Origin: an uncultured Gammaproteobacteria bacterium
GTDB taxonomy: Bacteria > Patescibacteriota > Patescibacteriia > CAIXNZ01
Assembly (NCBI GenBank): GCA_964531215.1
Contig: CAZHFK010000001.1
Coordinates: 1 to 48,778 of the forward strand
DNA length: 48,778 nt
Direction: 5' to 3'
Numbering within the stretch: position 1 is the stretch's first letter; every line of letters starts with the position of its first letter. Under the pieces are notes generated by a model, which ran no database searches, had not been told where the DNA came from, and worked only from the letters and a program-made list of their open reading frames with translations. Shown piece after piece: positions 25,368-32,570 of this stretch. Position numbers and translations under genes: made by a program.

Positions 25368-25396
25368 TTGACAAAAAAAATTTTTTATGCTACACT
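25368..25396 (+). promoter_or_regulatory. Island promoter 3 with an A/T homopolymer spacer
   Basis: TTGACA, AAAAAAATTTTTTATGC, TACACT. The spacer is 17 nt. Confidence 0.6.
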
Positions 25397-25476
25397 GAGA
25401 CATTAGGTTAAAGACAGAGTCAAGGTCAATAAAGGATCTTTAAATACAAAAAATCAAGAAAAAGGAGGGATTCAAA

Positions 25477-26094
25477 ATGAAGAATTTGGTTATGCTTGCT
25501 ATGTGCGTTATGATGATTGTCTCTTTTGGCTGTTCGGCCATTGAAAGAGAGACGCTTTTGTCGTCTTCGGAGGGACAAACCAATGAATTTCAGGCGACTG
25601 ATCCGGCTCAGGTGACTGAGGCACCGGCGCCATTGCCTGGTTCAACCACCCCGCCAGAGAGTGAGCAGTCCGTGGCTCAGGAGACTGCGCCACAGCCCGC
25701 TCCGGCGACAGGGCCTGTCAGTTTGGAAGGCCAGGGTGGTGGGACCATTGAGATTCAGGCGATTCCCGGAACATGGGGCAAGGCTTTTAAAGCTTTTTAC
25801 ATCACCTGGTTTTCGGACGAGGGGCAGCGGTTTCAGTCTTTCCCGCCGCTCCACACGCTGAAATTCAATAACGTGGCTCCTGGAGAGTATTTTGTCAATC
25901 TCCAGTGGACCACAAAACGCTGGGTAGTGGAGACCAGTCCACCGGTTGACGCTGATCATCGCGCCCTAAACGGCCGGGTCCGCATTCGCATGAATGGCGG
26001 CCCCTGGCACGAGTTTACTTCGGCTGATACTTCTAAGGTGGTTAATCCGGCGACCGGAGAAACCTATTGGAATCTTCGGGTAGTCGTTCCTTGA
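25477..26094 (+). CDS. Secreted (lipo)protein with a Pro/Ala/Thr-rich linker and the island beta-module
   Basis: SD AAAGGAGGG, signal peptide with FGCSA (lipobox-like), linker APAPLPGSTTPPESEQ..APQPAPATGP, then the GGGTIEIQAIP...RWVVETSPP...NGRVRIRMNGG module. Confidence 0.8.
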   Translation: MKNLVMLAMCVMMIVSFGCSAIERETLLSSSEGQTNEFQATDPAQVTEAPAPLPGSTTPPESEQSVAQETAPQPAPATGPVSLEGQGGGTIEIQAIPGTWGKAFKAFYITWFSDEGQRFQSFPPLHTLKFNNVAPGEYFVNLQWTTKRWVVETSPPVDADHRALNGRVRIRMNGGPWHEFTSADTSKVVNPATGETYWNLRVVVP

Positions 26095-26117
26095 TTGATT
26101 TCTGTCAAACAAATTTA

Positions 26118-26150
26118 ATCGGAGTCTTACGAGACTCCGATTTTTATTTT
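26118..26150 (+). terminator. Rho-independent terminator
   Basis: Hairpin ATCGGAGTCT-TAC-GAGACTCCGAT followed by TTTTTATTTT. Confidence 0.8.
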
Positions 26151-26219
26151 ACAATAAAACTTAACAAATAAGATAAAGATGTTTAATTAAGTTATTAAAG
26201 TAACAAAGGCGGCAATAGC

Positions 26220-26759
26220 ATGAAAGAATTTATTGGATTGTTTTTTGTTCTTGTTTGGCTGAGTTTGGCTGGTTGTTTTTTTAAAAATAATTTAGGGATT
26301 ACATCTGCGCCGGTTAGCGAACCGCAAATGATTGTCATTTCCGGACCCTTGTTCGGGGATTCAGCCAGTCAGACGGCTTTGGTTGGCAACTGCCCGGTTA
26401 GCCTGCAAGGCAGTGGTGGCGGCACTATTGAAATAGAGCCGATTCCAGATTCCTTGTATGGTGAAACTTTTAATGCGGGTTATCTGACCTGGTATATTAA
26501 TAAAAATGATCGCTTTTAGCGGTTCTGTCAGGCCGGGCGTTTAATTTTTGATAAAATTTTGCTTGGCGAGTATTTATTGAATTTCCGCCGGAATACAGGA
26601 CGCTGGGTAGTTGAAACCGAGCCGCCGGTTGAAGATGATCATCGGCCGTTGAACGGCCGGCTAAGGGTACGTTTTAATGGCGGCGAGTGGCACGAGTTTA
26701 CTTCGGCAGATACTTTTAGAACCGGCCAATACAGGAATTTACGTTTGGTTGTACCCTGA
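26220..26759 (+). pseudogene. Paralog of 25477-26094 interrupted by a single in-frame TAG
   Basis: ORFs 26220-26519 and 26559-26759 are in the same frame. The TAG at 26517-26519 aligns with the Gln in RFQSF of the paralog. The SD is weakened (AAAGGCGG) and the promoter hexamers are degenerate (TTAACA, 17 nt, TAATTA). Confidence 0.65.
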
Positions 26760-26779
26760 ATTTTTTTCAAAAAATATTA

Positions 26780-26808
26780 AATCGAGACTTGGGTCTCGAT
26801 TTTTTTTG
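26780..26808 (+). terminator. Rho-independent terminator
   Basis: Hairpin ATCGAGAC-TTGG-GTCTCGAT followed by TTTTTTTT. Confidence 0.8.
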
Positions 26809-26854
26809 GGATTTATATTAAGATATATAATGATATTATAAAAAAAACATATGC

Positions 26855-26883
26855 TTGACAAAATAGCTACAATCATATATAAT
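26855..26883 (+). promoter_or_regulatory. Island promoter 5
   Basis: TTGACA, 17 nt, TATAAT. It lies inside the N-terminal extension proposed by the ORF track. Confidence 0.6.
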
Positions 26884-26982
26884 TATAGATCCTGGATAAA
26901 AGTCCAGTTATTCATATTTAAACGGATAGGCGGTTTATTGGCCTTGCAATACACAAGAACTTTGAAAAGGAGGAATAATAAT

Positions 26983-28536
26983 ATGAAAAAAATAGTCACT
27001 ATTTTTTTGCTTTTTGTTTTTTGTCTGCTACTTTCGGCTTGTGCTGTTTCTCATGGCCAGGCTGCTTTGTTTCAGACAACAAAGACACTTGATCAACGGT
27101 TAACCAGCTTGGAAGAATCTCCAAGCCGGTTTAGTGATTGGGTAGCTGATCAGATCATTGAGCAGCGCTTGGAAACCATGACCATTGATTATGACTGCTT
27201 TTCCATGCCTGAATGCCGAGCGCAGGTTGTCCGGGTGAAAAAGGCATTGCCTGAGATTAAAATTAGGATTTATGTCAATGCTATGGAACTTTTTGAGCGG
27301 TCTCGGGAGCTTAATCAGCGTCCGGTACAGCAAAAAATCGCTCAAGCAGTCAAAGCTAATCATCCGAATTATTATCTGCGTGACATTAATGGTAATCGCA
27401 TCCAATACTGGCAGCAGTATGAGATGTACATGATGAATCTGTCCAGTCATTGCCCTGAGTATAATGACAAGCCTTGGTCAGAGTTTTTGGTTGATAGTCT
27501 TTACGAACAGGTTTATCAACCCAATGCCCGCTTGATTGACGGCATTGAGCTTGATAATATGTGGCCGTATGTTTCTTGGATCAATGAGTTCAGAAATGTG
27601 CAAATTGATCTGAATAACGATGGCCAGCCCGAAGATTATTGGACCCTGGATTATTATTGGCGCCAGGGTATGTTTCACTTGATTGACTACATTCGTTATA
27701 AATTCCCAGACGGGTTTATTGTCACTGGCCGTGGATTCCATTACCGCTATAATAGTCGGCTTGACGGTCTGACTTTTGAGCATGTTTTTGAACATGGTGA
27801 ATCCGGTATTCAGGGCGGTAATTTTTCCAAAGTTGATCGTTGGGTTCGCTTGTCACAACCAGGTAAATATTACACCTGGAACGCCAGACAAAACCAGCAA
27901 ACCCATAATATCACTCAATATGTAATTTCACTTTTGGGTGATGGTTACTTTGCTTTAGATGGCGGTGATACCGGTCATGGAGAGTTTACAACTTTTCCCG
28001 GTTACGTCAATTTGGGCCAGGCTATGGAGCCGGCTCGTTATCCGTATCAGGTGATTTTTGACTCTGATCAGTCATTGATTGGTTTGCAAGGAGAGTATAC
28101 TCCCCAGGCCAATAATTGGCTGCGTTTGGATAATGGCCAGACAATATCAATCAGCGCTAAAAAAGGCCAGCAAGTTCAGTTTTACTATCAAATTCTGAGT
28201 GGCCAGTACTGTGCTTCAGAAATCAAATTCACTTATCCTGGCATGCCGGAAAAAGATAAAAATCAGTTTGACGCACATCGCTGGCAGGATGGTGAATATT
28301 ATGCTTTGGCAAATGAAGACGGAGCATTTGCCTGGAGTTATACAGGACCTGGCTATGCTTTATTGACTCATATTGTTATCCGGGATACTAATTTGGGCAA
28401 ACCTTATTTCATGCGCCAGTATGAAAAAGGCTATGTCTATTATAATCCCGGTGACCAGCCTATTTATCTGGAATTTCCAGGTCAAGGAATTATTGAATTA
28501 AAGTCTGGGCAAGGCAAAATAATGCTTAGCCAATAG
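26983..28536 (+). CDS. Lipoprotein, possibly a glycoside-hydrolase-like TIM barrel (GHL15-like); function unverified
   Basis: SD AAAGGAGG 8 nt before ATG 26983. Lipobox LLSAC. The DGIELDNMW, DLNNDGQPED and WRQG pattern is reminiscent of GHL-type putative hydrolases. It ends with TAG followed by a terminator. Confidence 0.7.
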   Translation: MKKIVTIFLLFVFCLLLSACAVSHGQAALFQTTKTLDQRLTSLEESPSRFSDWVADQIIEQRLETMTIDYDCFSMPECRAQVVRVKKALPEIKIRIYVNAMELFERSRELNQRPVQQKIAQAVKANHPNYYLRDINGNRIQYWQQYEMYMMNLSSHCPEYNDKPWSEFLVDSLYEQVYQPNARLIDGIELDNMWPYVSWINEFRNVQIDLNNDGQPEDYWTLDYYWRQGMFHLIDYIRYKFPDGFIVTGRGFHYRYNSRLDGLTFEHVFEHGESGIQGGNFSKVDRWVRLSQPGKYYTWNARQNQQTHNITQYVISLLGDGYFALDGGDTGHGEFTTFPGYVNLGQAMEPARYPYQVIFDSDQSLIGLQGEYTPQANNWLRLDNGQTISISAKKGQQVQFYYQILSGQYCASEIKFTYPGMPEKDKNQFDAHRWQDGEYYALANEDGAFAWSYTGPGYALLTHIVIRDTNLGKPYFMRQYEKGYVYYNPGDQPIYLEFPGQGIIELKSGQGKIMLSQ

Positions 28537-28555
28537 ATTTTGTAAATAAAATTTT

Positions 28556-28592
28556 AAGCAGCCGAGTTTTTCTCTGGCTGCTTTTTTTATTT
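28556..28592 (+). terminator. Rho-independent terminator
   Basis: Hairpin AAGCAGCCGAG-N7-CTGGCTGCTT followed by TTTTTT. Confidence 0.75.
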
Positions 28593-28620
28593 TAGCCTGT
28601 ACAGTTAACTATACATAGCC

Positions 28621-28649
28621 TTGACAAAATTTTCAAAAGATGATAAAAT
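28621..28649 (+). promoter_or_regulatory. Island promoter 6
   Basis: TTGACA, 17 nt, TAAAAT. Confidence 0.5.
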
Positions 28650-28721
28650 AAGATATTCTGTAAACAATAGAAAAACTAGCTGGAAATAACCTGGAAATAA
28701 CTCAGAAAAGGAGGGATCGTT

Positions 28722-29228
28722 ATGATAAAGGTCTTTAAAATTAGTTTTTTATTTTTGATTCTGTTGTGTTTTATGGTCGCTTGCGGGCCGGCTAAAAAGC
28801 CGTCTAATAATGGCACAGGTAATGGCACAGGCACTTTCGATACAGGCGGTCAGCCTAATCCGGCACCTATGCCAGTTACACCGCCTACACCTGCGCCTGC
28901 ACCTGCGTCCGCACCTAATCATACTCCAAAGGATGGTTTGGTGACTATAACGGTCAGTGCCCAACGTGATTTGTCGTATGCCGTGACTGATATCGGCTAT
29001 GGCAAACATTACGCCAGTGGCGGGACAATCACATTTCAGATCACTACCGGTTATCACGCGATTAACGCCACTGACTCTGACTGGAATTTCGCGGTTTCTG
29101 ATAATCGCGCCAATTACCCGTTGTATGTCAATGGGGTCAAATTGTCGCGGGTCAGGTCAGACCCGAAAGGAGGAATGTATTATTTTTTCGTCTATTCGGA
29201 CGGAAGCATTTCTCCGACACCGCCATAA
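28722..29228 (+). CDS. Lipoprotein with a Pro/Ala-rich linker and one island beta-module
   Basis: SD AAAGGAGGG, lipobox FMVAC, linker PNPAPMPVTPPTPAPAPASAP, then the module with WNFAVSD..YPLYVNGV..GGMYYFFVYSDGSI. Confidence 0.8.
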   Translation: MIKVFKISFLFLILLCFMVACGPAKKPSNNGTGNGTGTFDTGGQPNPAPMPVTPPTPAPAPASAPNHTPKDGLVTITVSAQRDLSYAVTDIGYGKHYASGGTITFQITTGYHAINATDSDWNFAVSDNRANYPLYVNGVKLSRVRSDPKGGMYYFFVYSDGSISPTPP

Positions 29229-29245
29229 AATGGCTTTAAAAATTT

Positions 29246-29282
29246 AACCAGGAATAAGTCAAATTGTTCCTGGTTTTTTTAT
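29246..29282 (+). terminator. Rho-independent terminator
   Basis: Hairpin AACCAGGAA-N12-TTCCTGGTT followed by TTTTTT. Confidence 0.75.
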
Positions 29283-29305
29283 TGTTTGATTTTTGTTAAT
29301 AACTA

Positions 29306-29334
29306 TTGACAAAATCATAAAAATAGTATATAAT
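29306..29334 (+). promoter_or_regulatory. Island promoter 7
   Basis: TTGACA, 17 nt, TATAAT. Confidence 0.6.
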
Positions 29335-29396
29335 AAAATATTGTATTTTTTGACAAAAACCATCGGAAATAAACCTAAAAAAAGGAGGAAAGAAAA

Positions 29397-30953
29397 ATGA
29401 AAAAGATGGTAAAAATATTGACAACAGTTTTTTGCTGTTTGTTAATCGTCATTTTGAGCAGTGCTTGTGAGGGGACTGCCGAATCTGGTACCGGCTCTGC
29501 TGATAACAGTGATTCCACCACTTTGACTTTTCAGGTGGAAGGTTATCAGAACCAGCCGGATTTGTACTGCGCTGCCAAGGGAATAGAATGGGAGCCTATC
29601 CCGTTTTCTCAGAACGGCACAGCCAGGCTGGAGGTTAGTTATCTGCCTCAGGACGTATTTTGCAACATTGAAGACGGTCCTGATCAGTGGATAGTTAACT
29701 CCGACGGTGTTTGTCAGGGCTATCACTTTTATGTGAATGACATGGAAGTGACTACCTGGCAGAAAAATGACTATGGCGGCCGCAATTACAGTTTCCATGT
29801 CAAGGATGACGGTCAGGTTGAATTGATCGGTAACAATATCGTGTTTACTGATTGTTCGGCCGGTAGTGAGCCTGGGTGTCAGGTAACTGATTTGCAGGTC
29901 GGTTTTTCAGGCTATCAATCAGGTCAGACTGCGACGCTTTATTGCGCCGGTGATGGGCTTGGCTGGGAGTCTGTTACATTGGATAGCAATGGTCAGGCTG
30001 ACTTGTCAGTTTGTCCGGCGGTTTTCCAGTGTAATGTCAAAGTTGACAACAGCTGGGCTGTTCGTTCGGACGGGGTTTGTCAAGCTTATACTTTTGAGGT
30101 AAATGGCACAACCATTACTTCAGGAGTTCCCAGCTTGTCCGGCGGTCAAAACTATGCTTTTGAACTGCTGGACAGTGGCACAGTCCAACTCTACGGAGAC
30201 AGCCTTGAAGCAATTGACTGCTCTGGTAGCGCTGACGACACGACTTGCGTTGAACCCCTTAGTGTTGAGTTCAGCGGTTACAGTCAAGGCGACAGCGTTA
30301 CGCTTTACTGCGCCGGCAACGGACTTGGCTGGGGTGAGACCAGTCTGTCTGACAATGGCCAAGCAACTTTGACTGGCTGCCCCGGAGTATTCGAATGCAA
30401 CTTGGAAGTTTCTCCGGGTAACTGGGCAGTTCGTTCAGACGGGGTTTGCCAAGCTTACACTTTTGTGGTCAATGGCACAACCATTAATACTGGTATTGCC
30501 GCTTTGTCCGGCGGTCAAAACTATGCTTTTGAACTGCTGGCCGGCGGCACAGTCCAACTCTGGGGCAGTGCCTTGGAGCAAATCGATTGTTCAGGCAATA
30601 CTGGCAATCCTGATATTTTATGCGACCTGGAATTGGTTTACCAGGGTACGTATCAGGATCCGGTTCTGAAAATAACCGGCGGCCGTCTTAGCTGGGATGA
30701 TGATTATCATTTTGGCTTAGACGGTGACACCATGTCGGTTTTGTTGCCTGATATTCATCCGGATACTTATTACGCCAACATGGATATGCTTGGCAATGGC
30801 AGTATCTGGTATGTCAACCATCAGGGCATTTTGGCAGGCAATTCATTGTCGGGCAATGATGTCTGGCTGGATTACTGGGAATCCAATGACATGGGCGGCG
30901 GTAACTTGGTCTTTACCTTGACCGACACCTGTGAAGTGGATTTTCCGGAATAA
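29397..30953 (+). CDS. Lipoprotein built from three Cys-rich tandem modules plus one diverged module
   Basis: SD AAAGGAGG and lipobox LSSAC. The ~122-aa module (..LYCAG.GLGW......NGQA.L..CP.VF.CN....WAVRSDGVCQAYTF.VNGTTI......LSGGQNYAFELL..GTVQL.G......DCSG) occurs three times. Confidence 0.85.
   Translation: MKKMVKILTTVFCCLLIVILSSACEGTAESGTGSADNSDSTTLTFQVEGYQNQPDLYCAAKGIEWEPIPFSQNGTARLEVSYLPQDVFCNIEDGPDQWIVNSDGVCQGYHFYVNDMEVTTWQKNDYGGRNYSFHVKDDGQVELIGNNIVFTDCSAGSEPGCQVTDLQVGFSGYQSGQTATLYCAGDGLGWESVTLDSNGQADLSVCPAVFQCNVKVDNSWAVRSDGVCQAYTFEVNGTTITSGVPSLSGGQNYAFELLDSGTVQLYGDSLEAIDCSGSADDTTCVEPLSVEFSGYSQGDSVTLYCAGNGLGWGETSLSDNGQATLTGCPGVFECNLEVSPGNWAVRSDGVCQAYTFVVNGTTINTGIAALSGGQNYAFELLAGGTVQLWGSALEQIDCSGNTGNPDILCDLELVYQGTYQDPVLKITGGRLSWDDDYHFGLDGDTMSVLLPDIHPDTYYANMDMLGNGSIWYVNHQGILAGNSLSGNDVWLDYWESNDMGGGNLVFTLTDTCEVDFPE
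29520..30640 (+). repeat. Intragenic tandem repeat, period ~366-375 bp (3 copies)
   Basis: The motif CTTTAYTGCGCC occurs at 29937 and 30303. GTTCGTTCRGACGGGGTTTG occurs at 30060 and 30429. Copies 2 and 3 stay highly similar at the DNA level. Confidence 0.85.
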
Positions 30954-30973
30954 TTTTGTCAAAAATAACTTTT

Positions 30974-31004
30974 AAACAGGGAGTTTCGTGCTCCCTGTTT
31001 TTTA
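30974..31004 (+). terminator. Rho-independent terminator
   Basis: Hairpin AAACAGGGAG-N7-CTCCCTGTTT followed by TTT. Confidence 0.8.
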
Positions 31005-31005
31005 C

Positions 31006-31034
31006 TTGACAAAAAAAATACTATATGCTAATTT
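31006..31034 (+). promoter_or_regulatory. Island promoter 8 (A8 run after the -35 box)
   Basis: TTGACA, 17 nt, TAATTT. Confidence 0.5.
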
Positions 31035-31146
31035 GAAATAATTATATAAAATAAAAATATAAGGAAAATTGGTGTTTTTTTAGCACCTTGAAATAAATGG
31101 AAATTTAAGGTATTGAAATTTTCACAGGAAAAAAAGGAGGATCATA

Positions 31147-32421
31147 ATGATACAGAAAAAAGTTTTTTTACTGCTTTTGACCTTTTGCCTTGCCCTGACT
31201 TTTTCTTGCGGCAATGCCGAAGAACACGACGATGACGACGGTTCTGCCGGCGGGGGTGGCAATCTGCCACCGACCAATTTTCGTTTGATTTTTCAGTCAA
31301 ACAATCTTGGTGTCGGTGATATCCTGCACTGCGATGCTCCGGACCTGAACTGGGAGCCGGGCATTGAGTTTAACCAGAATCATCGGGCAGTCATCAATAC
31401 TGCTTCGATCGGCACTTATCTTTGCAATGTACAGTTGCAAAATAATGAATGGGTGGTCTATTCGTCCACCGACCATTTGTTTGGCGCCACAGTAACCAGC
31501 CAGCAAGGCGCTACCGTGCTGAGCACTTACCGTCTAACCGAAGAGGATATCGTCTCTAACGGTATTGGCGGCGGCAACTGGGAATTATGGCTGGCCGATA
31601 GCGGTATAGTGAGTGATTCCGGTGGCGGCGATACTGTTGATCCGGTTGATCCGCCGCCTGTCGAATGCGTTGATCCGGTTGTCAGTACTGAGCTGGAAGT
31701 GGTCATCAAAAGCTATGTCAATTTTGATTTTACGCCACGAGTTCGGTTTTCGGGTGACGGATTTACATCGCGGACAATGACTCGGTCGGCTCCCAACATG
31801 TACACTTACACATACACCGGGGTAGCCACGGACGACTTGTATACGATCAATTTTGAGGATCCGACAACCGGAGAATACCTCTATGACGAGAGCGGACCAA
31901 TGGGGCCGTATGTGGTGATTGTCAATGGTATTCAGGTCAGTGAAATGCTGGATGACGATATTAAGGTGATACTTGACCCTTGCGCCAATGTTATCACCTC
32001 AGTCGTTGACTTGACTTTCACTTTCCTGCCGTCTGACACTACTGCCTATGACGTTGACGTCATTTTTGGCCTGAATTCTTTTTTGGCTTATGGCATGAGC
32101 GCTGACGGCAGCCAGTGGACAACTACCATTTATGACGTGCCCCCCGGCCGTTACGAGTTCAATATCCGCTATCTGACCTCAACCGATCCTGATGTGGCTG
32201 CCTGGCCAGACCATGTCAACGGCGATGTAGCGGTCAATGGCACAGCCATGACCATCTATGATATGATCATTTACTCGGAAACCGTTCCCTGGAACGAACC
32301 GACCGGCACCCCGCTTTTGATGGTCAGAGCTGATTTCCTGATCGATGTTTACCCGGACGGCACTGTTGTCGGCGTGAACATGCGAGACGGAACAATCGGG
32401 ATTATTATCCCATTACCATAA
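31147..32421 (+). CDS. Lipoprotein with an acidic N-terminus and island-type beta-modules
   Basis: SD AAAGGAGG and lipobox LTFSC. The first module is LHCDAPDLNWEP...YLCNVQLQNNEWVVYSS...GGGNWELWLADSGIV. Later segments carry VIVNG and VAVNG strands. Confidence 0.8.
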   Translation: MIQKKVFLLLLTFCLALTFSCGNAEEHDDDDGSAGGGGNLPPTNFRLIFQSNNLGVGDILHCDAPDLNWEPGIEFNQNHRAVINTASIGTYLCNVQLQNNEWVVYSSTDHLFGATVTSQQGATVLSTYRLTEEDIVSNGIGGGNWELWLADSGIVSDSGGGDTVDPVDPPPVECVDPVVSTELEVVIKSYVNFDFTPRVRFSGDGFTSRTMTRSAPNMYTYTYTGVATDDLYTINFEDPTTGEYLYDESGPMGPYVVIVNGIQVSEMLDDDIKVILDPCANVITSVVDLTFTFLPSDTTAYDVDVIFGLNSFLAYGMSADGSQWTTTIYDVPPGRYEFNIRYLTSTDPDVAAWPDHVNGDVAVNGTAMTIYDMIIYSETVPWNEPTGTPLLMVRADFLIDVYPDGTVVGVNMRDGTIGIIIPLP

Positions 32422-32435
32422 TTTCAATACCTTTT

Positions 32436-32476
32436 AAGCCCCCCATCTTTAATAAAGGTGCGGGGGCTTTTTTATT
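32436..32476 (+). terminator. Rho-independent terminator at the right edge of the island
   Basis: Hairpin AGCCCCC...GGGGGCT followed by TTTTT. Confidence 0.65.
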
Positions 32477-32504
32477 TGACAAAATTTAAAAAATATGTTA
32501 AAAT
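32476..32504 (+). promoter_or_regulatory. Sigma-70-type promoter for the ligase-like gene
   Basis: TTGACA, 17 nt, TAAAAT. Confidence 0.5.
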
Positions 32505-32570
32505 TTAAGTATAATTTAAACTAAAATAAGCAAAAATTGCCAAAATTTATTTTGGTGAAAATTTTTAATT

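Noticed and set aside
26517-26519. The in-frame TAG at a Gln position could reflect TAG-to-Gln recoding, as in some phages.
   Set aside because: The neighbouring island gene 26983-28536 ends in TAG immediately before its terminator. The interrupted gene also has a weakened SD and promoter. Recoding is kept only as a minor alternative in the findings.
26851-26982. The N-terminal extension of the 26851-28536 ORF as given in the ORF track.
   Set aside because: The extension overlaps a TTGACA-17-TATAAT promoter (26855-26883). A perfect SD precedes ATG 26983, which opens a canonical lipoprotein signal peptide.
22981-32476. The island as a prophage, ICE or transposon.
   Set aside because: I recognised no integrase, recombinase, transposase, capsid, terminase, replication or conjugation gene. 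I also found no terminal direct or inverted repeats. The content is exclusively secreted or surface proteins.
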